NCBI GenBank assembly: GCA_030390025.1
Contig: CM059432.1
Location: 108,626,001 to 108,690,000, forward strand
Origin: Squalus acanthias
Taxonomy: Eukaryota
DNA length: 64,000 bases
Direction of reading: 5' to 3'
Part shown: one piece after another, positions 1 through 11,883 of the stretch
Layout: each line of letters begins with the position of its first letter
Numbering within the stretch: position 1 is the stretch's first letter
The notes under the pieces: generated by a model
The model's database searches: none
Told to the model about the DNA's origin: nothing
What the model saw: only the letters and a program-made list of their open reading frames with translations
Program-made: the position numbers and the translations under genes

Positions 1-610
1 GATGGGAGAGTTGACATGAAGGCTAAGATTAAAACACATCTGGACAGAGGAGAGTGAGCAAGAGGACTTAAAGTGGAGGTTAAAGTCACAGAATATGAAT
101 AATTGCTTGATGCATAGATTGAGGGAGGAGAGAAGGCTGGACATCTCAGCAAGGAAGTCCCCACGGTGGATGGGAGAATGTTAGAGGGCAAGTATTTTAA
201 ATGGAGGGTGGGAGGGTTGGAAGGTGATGAGGTGCTTGAAAGAGGAAAAGGTGCTTGAAGAGTAGGGGGAAGAATCTATGTTAAGACTTGATGAGAGCAA
301 TACTATGTGGGCCCACAGTGAAATGTAGTCTGGGTGCGAGCTTTTGATGAGAGGGTAGGGGTCACTGCCTTTAAGTCAGGTTTCTGTCAGCACCGGGTTA
401 TCAACTGAGGGAGGCGCAAGGGGATGGAATGGAGGTTGGAGGTTAGGGAGATTAACCACAGGGAATGAGTTGGGTAGGATGGTTACCGGGAGCAGGGGAT
501 GAGACAGTGACAGGTGCCTCAGTGGGCACGGTGGAGGATACCAAGGGTGGAGCAGATTGAGGCTATGAGCTTGTTAAGAAAGATGCAAACCTGGGAGCTA
601 GGATTGGATT
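1..610 (-). mobile_element. Old decayed LINE fragment, probably L2-like
   Basis: Purine-rich + strand (GGAGG/GAGAG bias) like the antisense strand of the L2 copy at 31.8-33 kb; no intact ORF. Confidence 0.35.
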
Positions 611-1109
611 CATAGGGCTCGATTTTGCCAGGCCCAAGGAGGCGGGATTGGAGGCGTGTGAGGTGGTAAAATCGCAAAAAATGGCGGGCGGTCCCGATCC
701 CGCCTTCATCCCGCCTCCGAACAATTTTCCCAAATGCGTGTTTTCTGACCCCTTAAGGCCTTTAACAACCAGTTAAGTGCCTCTATAATCCCATTTTGAG
801 AGGCCTTTCTGATTTTAACACTTTTCCCACATCCTGCACGCCTCCTCTGGAACACGCCAGTGAATCCTGGCGGCCTCACAAGTGGACTGCTTACTAACAG
901 CTGCAGCTCCACCATTAAAAAGGAGTTTTCAGCAATCATCATTTGCAGGTGGTAGAACTTTGTTGTCTCAGGTCTGGGGGAACTTTTAGCAGGCATACCC
1001 ATTGTTGTGGAAGTTTGGAGCCTGACACCCATCTCCAGTGTGACCTCCTGGGAAACCCCTCTCGCCACCTTGACTGAGCGCTTCCTCAACTGAGGCATAT
1101 ACCAGAAGC

Positions 1110-1336
1110 ATGGGAACCATTTATTTCCTTTCCTCCTGGATATCAGATTCGGACGAAGACCAGCCGTGGCAGCAGCAGAACCATGAACAACAGCACCACC
1201 AGCAGCAGCAGCATCAACAGGCGTGCCAAGCTGCTGCTCACCCACCTGAAGCTGCACAGGCCAGAAGGCGCCAGCGCGCGACCACATTGCTGCCCAGGAT
1301 GCAAGGGACGCACTCATCTTGGCCAGATTTGCTTAG
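1110..1336 (+). pseudogene. Harbinger transposase remnant (N-terminus joined out of frame to C-terminus; DDE core deleted)
   Basis: [18 protein letters not shown] matches the start of the 62393 ORF, then jumps to the ARDHIAAQDARDALILARFA* C-terminus seen at ~63530-63594. Confidence 0.85.
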
Positions 1337-1554
1337 CCTGCACAATCAAACACTTTTGCCTCGCACCTTCTTATCAGACCGTCGACAATGGCCAAGAACC
1401 TGCGGATTCCTATCACTCTGACCACCAAACTGACAATTGCAAGTCGCCCTAAGCCCTCAATGTGGAAGTCCCATTAGCGAAATGACACACGCCACAACTG
1501 CAATAGTTTGCCATCAGAATTTTTTATGACAATAAGCAACTGATGGCTTTTCAA

Positions 1555-2326
1555 ATCAAAAAGTTAGTATGCAGGTGCAGCAGGTGATCAAGAAGGCCAA
1601 CGGAATGTTGGCTTTTATTGCTAGGGGGATAGATTATAAAAACAGGGAGGTATTGCTGCAGTTATATAAGGTATTGGTGAGACCGCACCTGGAATACTGC
1701 ATACAGTTTTGGTGTCCATACTTAAGAAAAGACATACTTGCTCTCGAGGCAGTACAAAGAAGGTTCACTCGGTTAATCCCGGGGATGAGGGGGTGGACAT
1801 ATGAGGAGAGGTTGAGTAGATTGGGACTCTACTCATTGGAGTTCAGAAGAATGAGAGGCGATCTTATTGAAACATATAAGATTGTGAAGGGGCTTGATCG
1901 GGTGGATGCGGTAAGGATGTTCCCAAGGATGGGTGAAACTAGAACTAGGGGGCATAATCTTAGAATAAGGGGCTGTTCTTTCAAAACTGAGATGAGGAGA
2001 AACTTCTTCACTCAGAGGGTAGTAGGTCTGTGGAATTTGCTGCCCCAGGAAGCTGTGGAAGCTACATCATTAAATAAATTTAAAACAGAAATAGACAGTT
2101 TCCTAGAAGTAAAGGGAATTAGGGGTTACGGGGAGCGGGCAGGAAATTGGACATGAGGCTGAGTTCGGATCGGGCAAGGCCATGTGGGTGGCGGAGCGGG
2201 TCCTGCTCCTACTTCTTGTGTTCTTTAGATTTGAGGTTAGGATCAGATCAGCCATGATCCTATTGAATGCCGGAGCAGGCTTGAGGGGCCGATTGGCCTA
2301 CTCCAGCTCTTATTTCTTATGTTCTT
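1555..2326 (+). mobile_element. 5'-truncated CR1 LINE (ORF2 C-terminus + 3'UTR)
   Basis: Open ORF 1569-2156 (KKANGMLAFI, LVRPHLEYC, RRNFFTQRVV); tail TTCTTATGTTCTT. Confidence 0.95.
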
Positions 2327-2362
2327 AAACACAACATTACACCCAAGTGACTACCCTTGTGA

Positions 2363-4491
2363 CTACTTGTGCATTATCTTCCTCTTACGCGTGCTCCTAC
2401 GTGGTGCTTCCCCTGTGGCTTCAGCAGATGTGGAGGCCCCTTGCTCACTTTCTTGCTGCTCCTGTCTCGACACCTTCGGCGGGCGTCCTCTGGAGTTGCG
2501 AATCTGTGAGGGCTCGGCAACAGTCTGCTGCTCCTGCGGCTGTGCAGGGGTTGAGACGCCGATCTCAGTTGGGTGGGGACTCTGGTGGGGCTCTGACCGA
2601 GGGCTCTGCAGTGGCATGGTCGTGTGAGCACTTGGAGAGGAGCCCCCACTTACTTGTTGTATGCCACCAACATCCCCCTCATGGGTCAGCCCCACTTCAG
2701 AGCTAGCAAGTGGCTGGGCAGCACCTTGCTGCACTTCACGGGGGCCATGAGGACCCGTTTCTGCACTGGAAGTCCTACTCCAGAGGACTTGCATGAAGGT
2801 CTGGTTTGTTTGCTCAATAGCTGACCATCGCTCCTCAAGAGATGTCAGTCTATTCTGAACAATGACCATGTTTTCCATACCCTGGCCAATAAGCTCCTCC
2901 ATGGACGTAGCCATCCTCTCCTCTACCGTAGCCATCCTCTCCTCTACCATAGCCATCCTCTCCTCTACCGTAACCATCCTCTCCTCTACCATAGCCATCC
3001 TCTCCTCTACCGTAGCCATCCTCTCCTCTATGGTAGCCGGCCTTACCATGGAGGTAGCCATTCTTTCCAGGGATGTTACCATCCTTTCCGTGGTGATGCG
3101 TTCATGTGCCAACGCCTCCACAAAGGCTCTGCTCATGTTAGCGATGGACTCTTCCATTCGCTACACACTCGCAGCGACCCTGGAGACAAAACCTGCCAGA
3201 GACTCCTGCACCTGTTCCTGAAGTTCCAGCACCGCTTTCCTTCTGGATGGACCCGGAGGCACAGGGTCGACATGCAGCGGAGCCGAGCTGGGAGCGTCCT
3301 CTCCACTGCGACGAGGATTCTCCACTGCTGTCCCTGTCTCCACCATCTGCTGATGCTCACTTGTGAGCTGTGACACACCAGGTGACAACTCTACTCTATG
3401 TCCCGAAGGTCCCACCGAGGTGTGAGTGTCTGCGCTGGTGCTGGGTGCGCTTAATTCTGCTGACGGAGTGCCCTCAGAGTTTGCAGCTTCCTCTGAGGAG
3501 TCTGGAAGCTCAGGCTCTTCCCCCTGGACAGTGGGGACGGGGGCTCTCGATGGTCCTGTGGGGGAGTAAAGGAAAGAGTTAGAGATGTGAGGTAAAGGTT
3601 GCATGCACATTGAATTGTGCAGATGATCAAAAGTCAATCTGTTAGAGCATCAGAATCATTATCAGTCACTCATGCAATGTCAATGAGAGAGATGCCAAAC
3701 TATTCTGTCACCAGCTTGCTGTGATGTGCCCGCCTGTCCGTCCCCCACTTGGGAATCCTCCTCGATCCCGGCAATTTCCAGGGCTGCCTCCTCCGAGGTG
3801 GTGAGCTGGGCTACTGAGGGTGGCCCTCCTCCTGTCATCGCTCTTTCCCTCTTATTGTGGGCTCTCTTTTCCTGCAATGAGGGGCACAAGTGGAGTTTGA
3901 GTGAGAATGATGAAGTGAGTGTAGAGAATCCATAGCATAGATGCTTAGAAGGAGACAAAGATGGAGTGAGGTCCCAATACCAAGGGCCCTCCCTGTGTGT
4001 TGTAAGTTGTTGTCATTGCGGACAGTGATAGGGAGTGTGAAGGCTGCATGGTCGAATAGTTAAATTAATGTGAACATACAGAGAGAGGGAATGGGTAAGG
4101 GTGCAGGGATGTCAGTGTCTAGTGGATGTGGAGGAAGAGGTTGGCAAAGCTGAGTGCTGGTGAGGAGAGGCGATGGGGATCAGATTGAGGGTGATAAGAA
4201 AGTCATACTCACTTTACCTGTGCGGAGAAGGTCATGAAACCTCTTCCTGCACTGCAGCCAGGTTCTGCGGCACATAGAGATGGCATTGACCTCCTGGACC
4301 ACTTGCAGCCACACAGCTTTAGTCTGTTGTGGTGGCTTTTTTCTCCCTGAGGAAGGGAAGAGCACCTCCTTATTAGATCTTGCTCTTGGCACCAGAGCTT
4401 GGAGGGAGGGCTCATCAAAGCGAGGTGCACACTTTTGCTTGCTGGTGGACACGGTCGGTAAATTAAGTCCTTCATACAATGTGCAAAGCAT
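2363..4491 (-). pseudogene. Harbinger Myb/SANT-like (trihelix) DNA-binding protein gene, 3 exons, one in-frame stop
   Basis: Exons 4491-4213 (APRF..W..V..RTWLQCRKRFHDL), 3871-3712 (EKRAHNKRERAMTGGGPP), 3555-2363; GT-AG introns keep the frame (phase 0 and 1); TAG at 3163-3161; basic C-terminus RRSTRKRK. Confidence 0.85.
2907..3032. repeat. 21-bp coding minisatellite x6 (heptad ERMATVE on the minus strand)
   Basis: Unit RTARCCATCCTCTCCTCTACC repeated six times, with degenerate copies continuing to ~3095. Confidence 0.95.
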
Positions 4492-4710
4492 TTCCAGTCT
4501 CCAGAAGAATCAAGGCTGCTTGCAGGCCTGAAATCCAACAGCATTGATGACGTCATCGGAGGCGACTTTCTGTATGAAAAGACTCATTGGGCCAGTGGTT
4601 CCCAATTAGGGGAAAATCCCACTTTTTCAACACATCACTTAGGAGTCGGGGTCCTGACACGATTTCCACCTGACACGACCCAGCCCGCCCACACTGACAA
4701 AATCCATCCC

Positions 4711-7055
4711 TATGAATCATAGAAAGTTACAGCATGGAAGGAGGCCATTTCGGCCCATCGTGTCCGCGCCAGCCAACAAAGAGCTATCCAGCCTAATCCC
4801 ACTTCCCAGCTCTTGGTCCGTAGCCCTGCAGGTTACAGCATCCCAAGTGCACATCCAAGTTATTTATAAATGTGGTTAGGGTTCCTGCCTCTACCACCCT
4901 TTCAGGCAGTGAGTTCCAGACCCCCACAACCCTCTGGGTGAAGAAATTTCCCCTCAAATCCCCTCTAAACCTTCCACCAATTACTTTAAATCTGTGCCCC
5001 CTGGTTTTTGACCCCTCTGCTAAGGGAAATAGGTCCTTTCTATCCACTTTATCTATGCCCCTCATAATTTTATACACCTCAATAAGGTCTCCACTCAGCC
5101 TCCTCTGTTCCAAGGAAAACAGACCCAGCCTATCCAGTCTTTCCTCATAGCTAAGATTCTCTACTCCCGGCAACATCTTTGTAAATCTCCTGTGTACCTT
5201 CTCTAGTGCAATCACATCTTTCCTGCAATGTGGTGACCAGAACTGCACGCAGTTCTCTAGCTGAGGCCTAACTAGTGTTTTATACAGTTGAAGCATAACC
5301 CCCCTGCTCTTGTATTCTATGCCACGGCTAATAAAGGCAAGCATTCCGTATGCCTTCTTAACCACCTTATCTACCTGGCCTGCTACCTTTAGGGATCTGT
5401 GGACATGCACTCCAAGGTCCCTTTGTTCCTCTACACTACTCAGTGTCCTACCTTTTAATGTGTATTCTCTTTCCTTGTTAGCCCTCCCCAAATGCATTAC
5501 CTCACACTTCTCCGGATGGAATTCCATTTGCCACTGTTCTGCCCACCTGACCAATTTATTGATATCTTCCTGCAATCTACAGCTTCCTTCTTCAGCATCA
5601 ACCACACAGCCGATTTTAGTATCACCTGCAAACTTCTTAATCAGACCCCCTATATTCAAGTCTAGATCATTGATATATACCATAAAAAGCAAGGGACCTA
5701 GTACTGAGCCCTGCGGAACCCCACTGGAAACAACCTTCCAGTCACAAAAACACCCATCAACCATTACCCTCTGCTTCCTGTCTCCGAGCCGGTTTTGAAT
5801 CCAACTTGACACTTTGCCCTGGATCCCATGGGCTTTTAACTTCGTGACCAGTCTGCCATGTGGAACCTTATCAAAAGCCTTGCTAAAGTCCATATACACT
5901 ACATCAAACGCACTACCCTCATCTACCCTCCTTGTTACCTCCTCAAAAAATTCAATCAAGTTTGTCAGACACGACCTTCCCTTAACAAATCCGTGCTGAC
6001 TATCCTTGATTAATCTGTGTCTTTCTAAATGAAGATTTATCCTGTCCTTCAGAATTCTTTCCAATAATTTTCCCACCACCGAGGTTAGGCTGACTCGGTC
6101 TATCCTTTTCTCCCTTTCTAAACAAGCGTACCACATTAGCAGTCCTCCAGTCCTCCGGCAGCACACCTGAAGCCATAGAGGATTGAAAAATGATGGTCAG
6201 GGCCTCTGCTGTTTCCTCTTTTGCTTTGCTTAACAGCCTGGGATACATTTCATCCGGGCCTGGGGATTTATCCACTTTTAAAGCTGCTAAACCCCTTAAT
6301 ACTTCCTCTCTCACTATGTTTATTTCATCTAATATTTCACACTCCTCCCCCCCGATAGCAATGTCTGCTTCGCCCCTCTCCTTTGTGAAAACAGACGCAA
6401 AGTATTCATTAAGAACCCTACCGACGTCTCCCGCCTCCACACACAGATTACCCTCATGATCTCTAATAGGCCTTACCCTTTCTTTAGTTATCCTCTTACT
6501 CTTAATATATTTATTAAACATCTTTGGGTTTTCCTTGATTTTATTTGCCAAGAATTTTTCATGCTCTCTCTTTGCTTTCCTAATATCCTTTTTAATTGCA
6601 CCCCTGCACTTTCTGTACTCCTCTAAAGATTCTGGGGTATTTAGCCCTCGGTATCTGTCATACGCCTCCCTTTTTTTCTTTATCCTACCCTCTATATCCC
6701 TAGACATCCAGGGGGCTCTAGATTTGTTAGTCCCACCTTTTTTCTTTAAGGGCACATATTTGGTCTGAACCCTTCGGATCTCCTCTTTGAATGCCTCCCA
6801 CTGCTCTGACACTGATTTACCTTCAAGTAGCTGTTTCCAGTCCACTATGGCTAAATCCCCTCTGAGCTTAGCAAAATTTGCTTTTTCCCCCAATTTAGAA
6901 TTTTTATTCCTGGTCTATCCTTGTCCTTTTCCAGAACTACCTTAAATCTAACAGAATTATAATCACTAGCACCAAAATGCTCCCCCACTGATACGCGTTC
7001 TACCTGCCCAGCTTCATTCCCTAAAACTAAGTCCAGAACCGCCCCCTCCCTCGTT
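4711..7055 (-). mobile_element. 5'-truncated CR1 LINE (end of endonuclease, RT, 3'UTR), frameshifted
   Basis: ORFs 6851-7096, 6000-6893 and 4793-6166 with [32 protein letters not shown] (mutated FADD). Confidence 0.95.
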
Positions 7056-7069
7056 GGTGGGGCCAAGAG

Positions 7070-7459
7070 AGGGTATTTTTTGAAGTGGCAGGACATGTTG
7101 AAAAACCTGTTTTAAAAACCACATTGGATCCTTGGCTTTATAAATAGAGGCATGGGCTAGAAATTCTATTCGGGCGTTGGCATATCGGTATCGGATCGGC
7201 CACCCGTTATTCGCATCACCTGATATTCAGTTCCATTGCTGGAATTTATAAATTATTGTTTAGGCCTCAGCTGGAGTGTTGTGTCTAATTCTGCGCACCA
7301 CACTTTAGAAAGGATGTCAAGGCCTTGAAGAGACTGCAGAGGAGATTTACCAGAATTATATAGAGATGAAGTACTTCAGTTATGCAGAGAGAAGCTGGAA
7401 TTATTCTCCTTAGAGCAGAGAAGGTTAAGCGGAGAATTAAGAGGGGTTTTAATAGAGTA
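7070..7459 (+). mobile_element. Old CR1 3' fragment, left half (resumes at ~22696); contains a MITE remnant starting GGGCTAGAAATT at ~7154
   Basis: Degenerate CR1 C-terminal sequence (aggcctcagctggag, ccacactttag, agagcagagaagg). Confidence 0.7.
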
Positions 7460-8037
7460 AGAACAGAAGAAGTAGGAGCAGGAGTCGGGCATTCGGCCCC
7501 TCGAGCCTGTTCCGCCATTCAATGAGATCAAGGCTGATCTTCTACTTCAATTCCTGCTGCCTGACCTATCCCCATATCACTTGTTTCTCCTAGTATCCAA
7601 AAATATATCGATCTCTGTCTTGATTATGCTCAACGACTGAGGATCCACAGCTCTCTGGGGTAGAGAATACCAAAGATTCACAACCCTTTGAGTGAAGAAA
7701 TTTCTCCTCATCTCAGTCGTAAATGGCCCACCCCTTATTCTGAGATTGTGACCCTCAGTTCTAGACTCCCCAGCCAGGGGAAACATCCTCCCAACATCTA
7801 TCCTGTCAAGCTCCTCTAGGATTTTATATATTTCAATGATTTCACCTCTCATTCTTCTAACCTCTAGGGACTATAGTCCTAGTCTACTCAAGCTCTCCTC
7901 ATAGGACAATCCCCTCATCCCAGGAATCAGTCTAGTGAACCTATGTTGCATTCTCTCTGAGGCAAGTATATCCTTCCTTAGGTAAGGAGACCAAGATTGT
8001 ACACAGTACTCCAGGCGTGGTCTCACTAAGACTTCTT
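7460..8037 (-). mobile_element. CR1 3' end, interrupted by the Harbinger at 8038 and continuing at 22210-22695
   Basis: ORF 7577-7852 (RRNFFTQRVVNLW); sequence rejoins across the CTT duplication as aagacttctt|tactc. Confidence 0.9.
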
Positions 8038-8714
8038 GGGCTAGAAATTTGGCACCGTAGTGCTTGGTTTTCCAGCGATACAGATGCCCAAAGGCTTCCA
8101 AGCAGCACGCGCGCACTTCCGGTGCAGTCTGTGCTGGACACCATTTTGTTGAGGGCATTAGCGTCGGTGCCAGGACCGTGCGCCGTAAGTATGCAAAGTG
8201 GGCAGAGCGTGACGTCAATCAGCGTGTAATGCTGATTTGACGCCAGCGCTGCCATTTTCGACCTCAATGCAGGAGCTAGCGCCCTCTCTAAACCTCGCAC
8301 AGCTGAACATGTGTTCAGCAGCAGGAAGGACCCCCCAGCAGTGCTATTTAAAGGGATCATCACCTATTACAGGTTAGTTTTGATTGATTTCTACTCACTG
8401 TTGCTGAGTTTGTACACGCATTTGGTGCTTTCTAGACTTCTTTAAAGTTGCCTAAAGTTGCCTAAAGTCTTCAAGGAGTGGTGTGGCATGTGCTAAAGGA
8501 CTTGGTACTGACTTGCAAGGGGTCTGCTGAGAGCAGTTGCTCCCAGACATGGGTGCAGTAGTTTGTATCCCCCTTAGCCTGCAGCACGACAGGGAGAATG
8601 AGCAGAGGCGACACAGAGCAGGACAAGCTGCTAGAAAAGGCAGGAGGAGGAGGAGGGGGAGAAGGGCTCTCAGCAGGAGGCCACATCCACCCAGGGTCTT
8701 CAGGGAGCAATTTT

Positions 8715-8848
8715 ACGTCCCCCTGAGAGAGCAGATGGGGCCTCGGTTTAACATCTCATCCAAATAATGGCACCTCTGACATGCGGTTGACTCCCTCAGT
8801 ACTGTACTGGGAGTGTCGGCCGAGATTATGTGCTCAAGTCTCTTGAAA
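8715..8848 (-). mobile_element. Internal fragment of a Deu-domain SINE with 11-bp TSD
   Basis: Matches the core of the SINE at 25467-25928; flanked by GGAGCAATTTT at 8704-8714 and 8849-8859. Confidence 0.85.
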
Positions 8849-9440
8849 GGAGCAATTTTCCTACCTCAACCTCAGCAACAAACCGTGTGTGCGACGTCTC
8901 CGTTTTACCAAGGAGGTGCTCACTGGAATCTGCCACCTGCTGCAGGCAGACATGCCGCCTCAGTCCAGGGCGAGGACGGCATTGCCAGTGGTTGTAAAGG
9001 TGACCGTGGCCTTGAACTTCTTCATGTCGGGCTCCTTCCAGGCTGGAGCAGGTGACATCTGTAACATCTCCCAGTTCGCTGTCCACTCCTGTATAAGGGA
9101 GGTGTGAGGCTCTGTATGCAAAGAAAGCTGAATACATTTCATACGCTCTTGCCAGAAAGAAGCAGGTGGCTTTGCGAGGTTTGCAGGCTTCCCCATGGTG
9201 CAGGGTGCCATTGACTGCATACATCTCAATTCGGAGATGTACCGCAATCGGAAGGGATTCCACTCCCTCGGTGTCCAGCTGGTGTGCGACCATACTCAGC
9301 GCATCATGCAAGTCAATGCTCGGTATCCTGGCAGCAACCATGATGCCTTCATTTTGCGGCAGTCCGCTGTACTATCAGCATTTGAGACATCACGGCAAAC
9401 CAGAGGGTGGCAACTGGGCGACAAGGGCTATCCACTGACT

Positions 9441-10884
9441 TCTTCTTCTTAGGCAGTCCCTCGGAACCGAGGATGACTTGCTTCCACATTAAAAATGAGT
9501 TCCCAGGTGACTGATGAGTCCAATGCGAGACCTACAGTCTCTGTCACAGGTGAAACAGACGGTGGTTGAAGGGGCGAATGGGTGGGGTGCTTAGGTTGAC
9601 GTGCGCTTCTTGCGCTGCCTGCGCTTGGCTTCCGCTTGCTCCCGGCGAAGAGACTCGAGGTGTTCGGCGCCTTCCTGGATGCTTCTCCTCCACTTTGTGC
9701 GGTCTTGGGCCAGGGATTCCCAGGTGTCGGTGGGGATGTTACACTTTTTCAAGGAGGCTTTGAGGGTGTCCTTGAAGTGTTTCCTCTACCCACCTGGGGC
9801 TCTCCTGCCATGCCGGAGCTCCGAGTAGAGCGCTTGTTTTGGGAGTCTCGTATCGGGCATGCGGACAATGTGACCCGTCCATCGGAGCTGATCGAGCGTG
9901 GTCAAAGCTTCGATGCTGGGGATGTTGGCCTGAGCGAGAACACCGACATTGGTGCGCCTATGCTGCCAATGGATTTGCAGGATCTTGCGGAGGCAGCGTT
10001 GGTGGTACCTCTCCAGTGCTTTGAGGTGCCTGCTGTACATGGTCCATGTCCCTGAGGCATACAGGAGGGCGGGTATCACTACTGCTCTGTAGACCATGAG
10101 CTTAGTGCCGGGTTTGAGGTCCTGGTCTTCAAACACTCTCTTCCTCAGGCGACCGAAGGCTGCACTGGCACACTGAAGGCGGTGTTGGACTTCGTCATCG
10201 ACGTCTGCCCTTGTTGACAGTAGGCTCCCGAGGTATGGAAAGTGGTCCACGTTGTCCAAGGCCTTGTCGTGGATTTTGATAATCGGGGGGCAGTACTGTG
10301 TGGCGGGGGCAGGTTGGTACAGGACCTTTGTCTTATGGATGTTTAGTGTAAGGCCTATGCTCTCGTATGCTTCAGTGAAGGTGTTGACAGTTTGGAGTTC
10401 GACCTCCGAGTGAGCGCAGACGCAAGCGTCGTCTATATACTGTAATTCGACGACAGAGGATGGGACGACCTTGGATCTGGACTGGAGGCGACGGAGGTTG
10501 AACAGTTTCCCGTTTGTTCTGTAAATTAGCTCCACTCCAGCGGGCAGCTTACTGAGGGTGAGATGGAGCATTGCAGCAAGGAAGATCGAGAAGAGCGTTG
10601 GTGCGATGACACAGCCTTGCTTGACCCCGGTTCGTACATGAATTGGGTCTGTGGTGGATCCGTTGGTCAGGATCACGGCTTGCATGTCGTCGTGAAGCAG
10701 GCGGAGGATGGTGACAAACTTTTGAGGGCAGCCGAATTTGAGGAGGACAATCCATAATCCCTCACGGTTGACAGTGTCGAAGGCCTTTGTGAGATCAAAG
10801 AAGGCCATGTACAGCGGTTGGTGCTGTTCCCTGCATTTCTCTTGTAATTGACGTGCGGTGAAGATCATGTCCATTGTGCCCCTG
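9441..10884 (-). mobile_element. 5'-truncated RTE-clade LINE
   Basis: 367-aa ORF 9786-10889 (FFDLTKAFDTVNR, GVKQGCVIAP, YIDD); (AAG)n tail; TSD TCCACTGACT at 9431-9440 and 10885-10894. Confidence 0.95.
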
Positions 10885-11883
10885 TCCACTGACTACCTGG
10901 CTCATGACTCCGCTGTGCTGCCCCACCACACGTGGGCAGCATGCATATAATGAAAGCCATGCTGCCACACAGAATCTGAGCAGACCATTGACGTCCTTAA
11001 GCAACGTTTCTGTTGCCTGGACCGTTCTGGAAGAGCCCTGCAGTACTCATTAGCGCGCATCTCAAGATTCATCGTGGTCTGCTGCATGCGCCACAACCTC
11101 GTCATCATGGTGGTATTGCCATTGCCACTAGCCATACGGCGACCAGCTGAGGAGGAAGAGGAGGAGGAAGTGGAAAAGTAGGAAGCAGAAGCGAGGAGGC
11201 AACCTAGACAGCCCCTTTCTGCCCAGGCTGTCCGTGATTGAATCATCGGCTGCAGTACCAGTGAACGCAAACCCAATCCCCCATTCAACAATAGTCCCAC
11301 AACTTACCTCCTCTCTTTTACTGATCATCACAACGTCCTCTTGGCCACAATGCAAAAATAAAAGCCACCACAGAACAAACATTCTGAACCAATTTTATCA
11401 ATTACACTATTACAATATTTCAATCAAAAGTCAACTAATCACTCTTGTGCATTCCCTTAGTGCTGGTCTTCAGTGTGCCTTTGCCTGTGCTAGTGCTCCT
11501 ATGCAGTGCTATCCCAGTGGCTTCAGCATGGCTGGTGGAAGGCTGCTGACTTTCAGTGGGGGAGACTGCAAATTGCCTTGCAGGATGACCTCGAGCAGAT
11601 CTGGGCCTAGTAGGCCTGGCTTCGGACTGCACCACCTCAGCATGGGCAGCAACAGTCTGGGCTGGCTGGCTGGCAGGCAACAGCAAGGGCACTGGTGGAG
11701 TGGCAGCAGTGGGAGGACGAATTCTGTCATTCTGAGAGAGGACAGCAGGTTCGTCCTCTATGGAGCCACTGCCATTCCCCTGGGGCGGTGCCTCAGCAAT
11801 TCTAGTAATCTGCTGGAGGACAGATTGCTGGACTGCAGTGATAGGCTTAAAGCCCCTTTCAACACTGGCAAACCCAGCAGTCT

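Larger units (their letters stand above)
615..4710 (+). mobile_element. PIF/Harbinger DNA transposon, family A copy 1 (transposase internally deleted, CR1 inserted)
   Basis: Imperfect TIRs GGGCTCGATTTTGCCAG (615) / CTGACAAAATCCATCCC (4710); collinear with 61883-64000; convergent transposase remnant and Myb/SANT gene. Confidence 0.9.
8549..11264 (+). pseudogene. Harbinger DDE transposase (HARBI1-like), disrupted by SINE and RTE insertions
   Basis: [68 protein letters not shown]. Confidence 0.9.

Noticed and set aside
706..1317. 203-aa minus-strand ORF
   Set aside because: Antisense to the Harbinger leader and transposase start; the equivalent region of copy 2 is split into shorter ORFs (62149-62403, 62325-62546); no motif.
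2907..3032. Regular 21-bp repeats as a CRISPR array
   Set aside because: Head-to-tail units with no spacers, inside a eukaryotic coding exon.
606..4718. Extended inverted match GATTCATA / TATGAATC outside the family-A TIRs
   Set aside because: The right-hand bases belong to the microsatellite tail of the adjacent CR1, so the match is probably coincidental; the TSD cannot be called.
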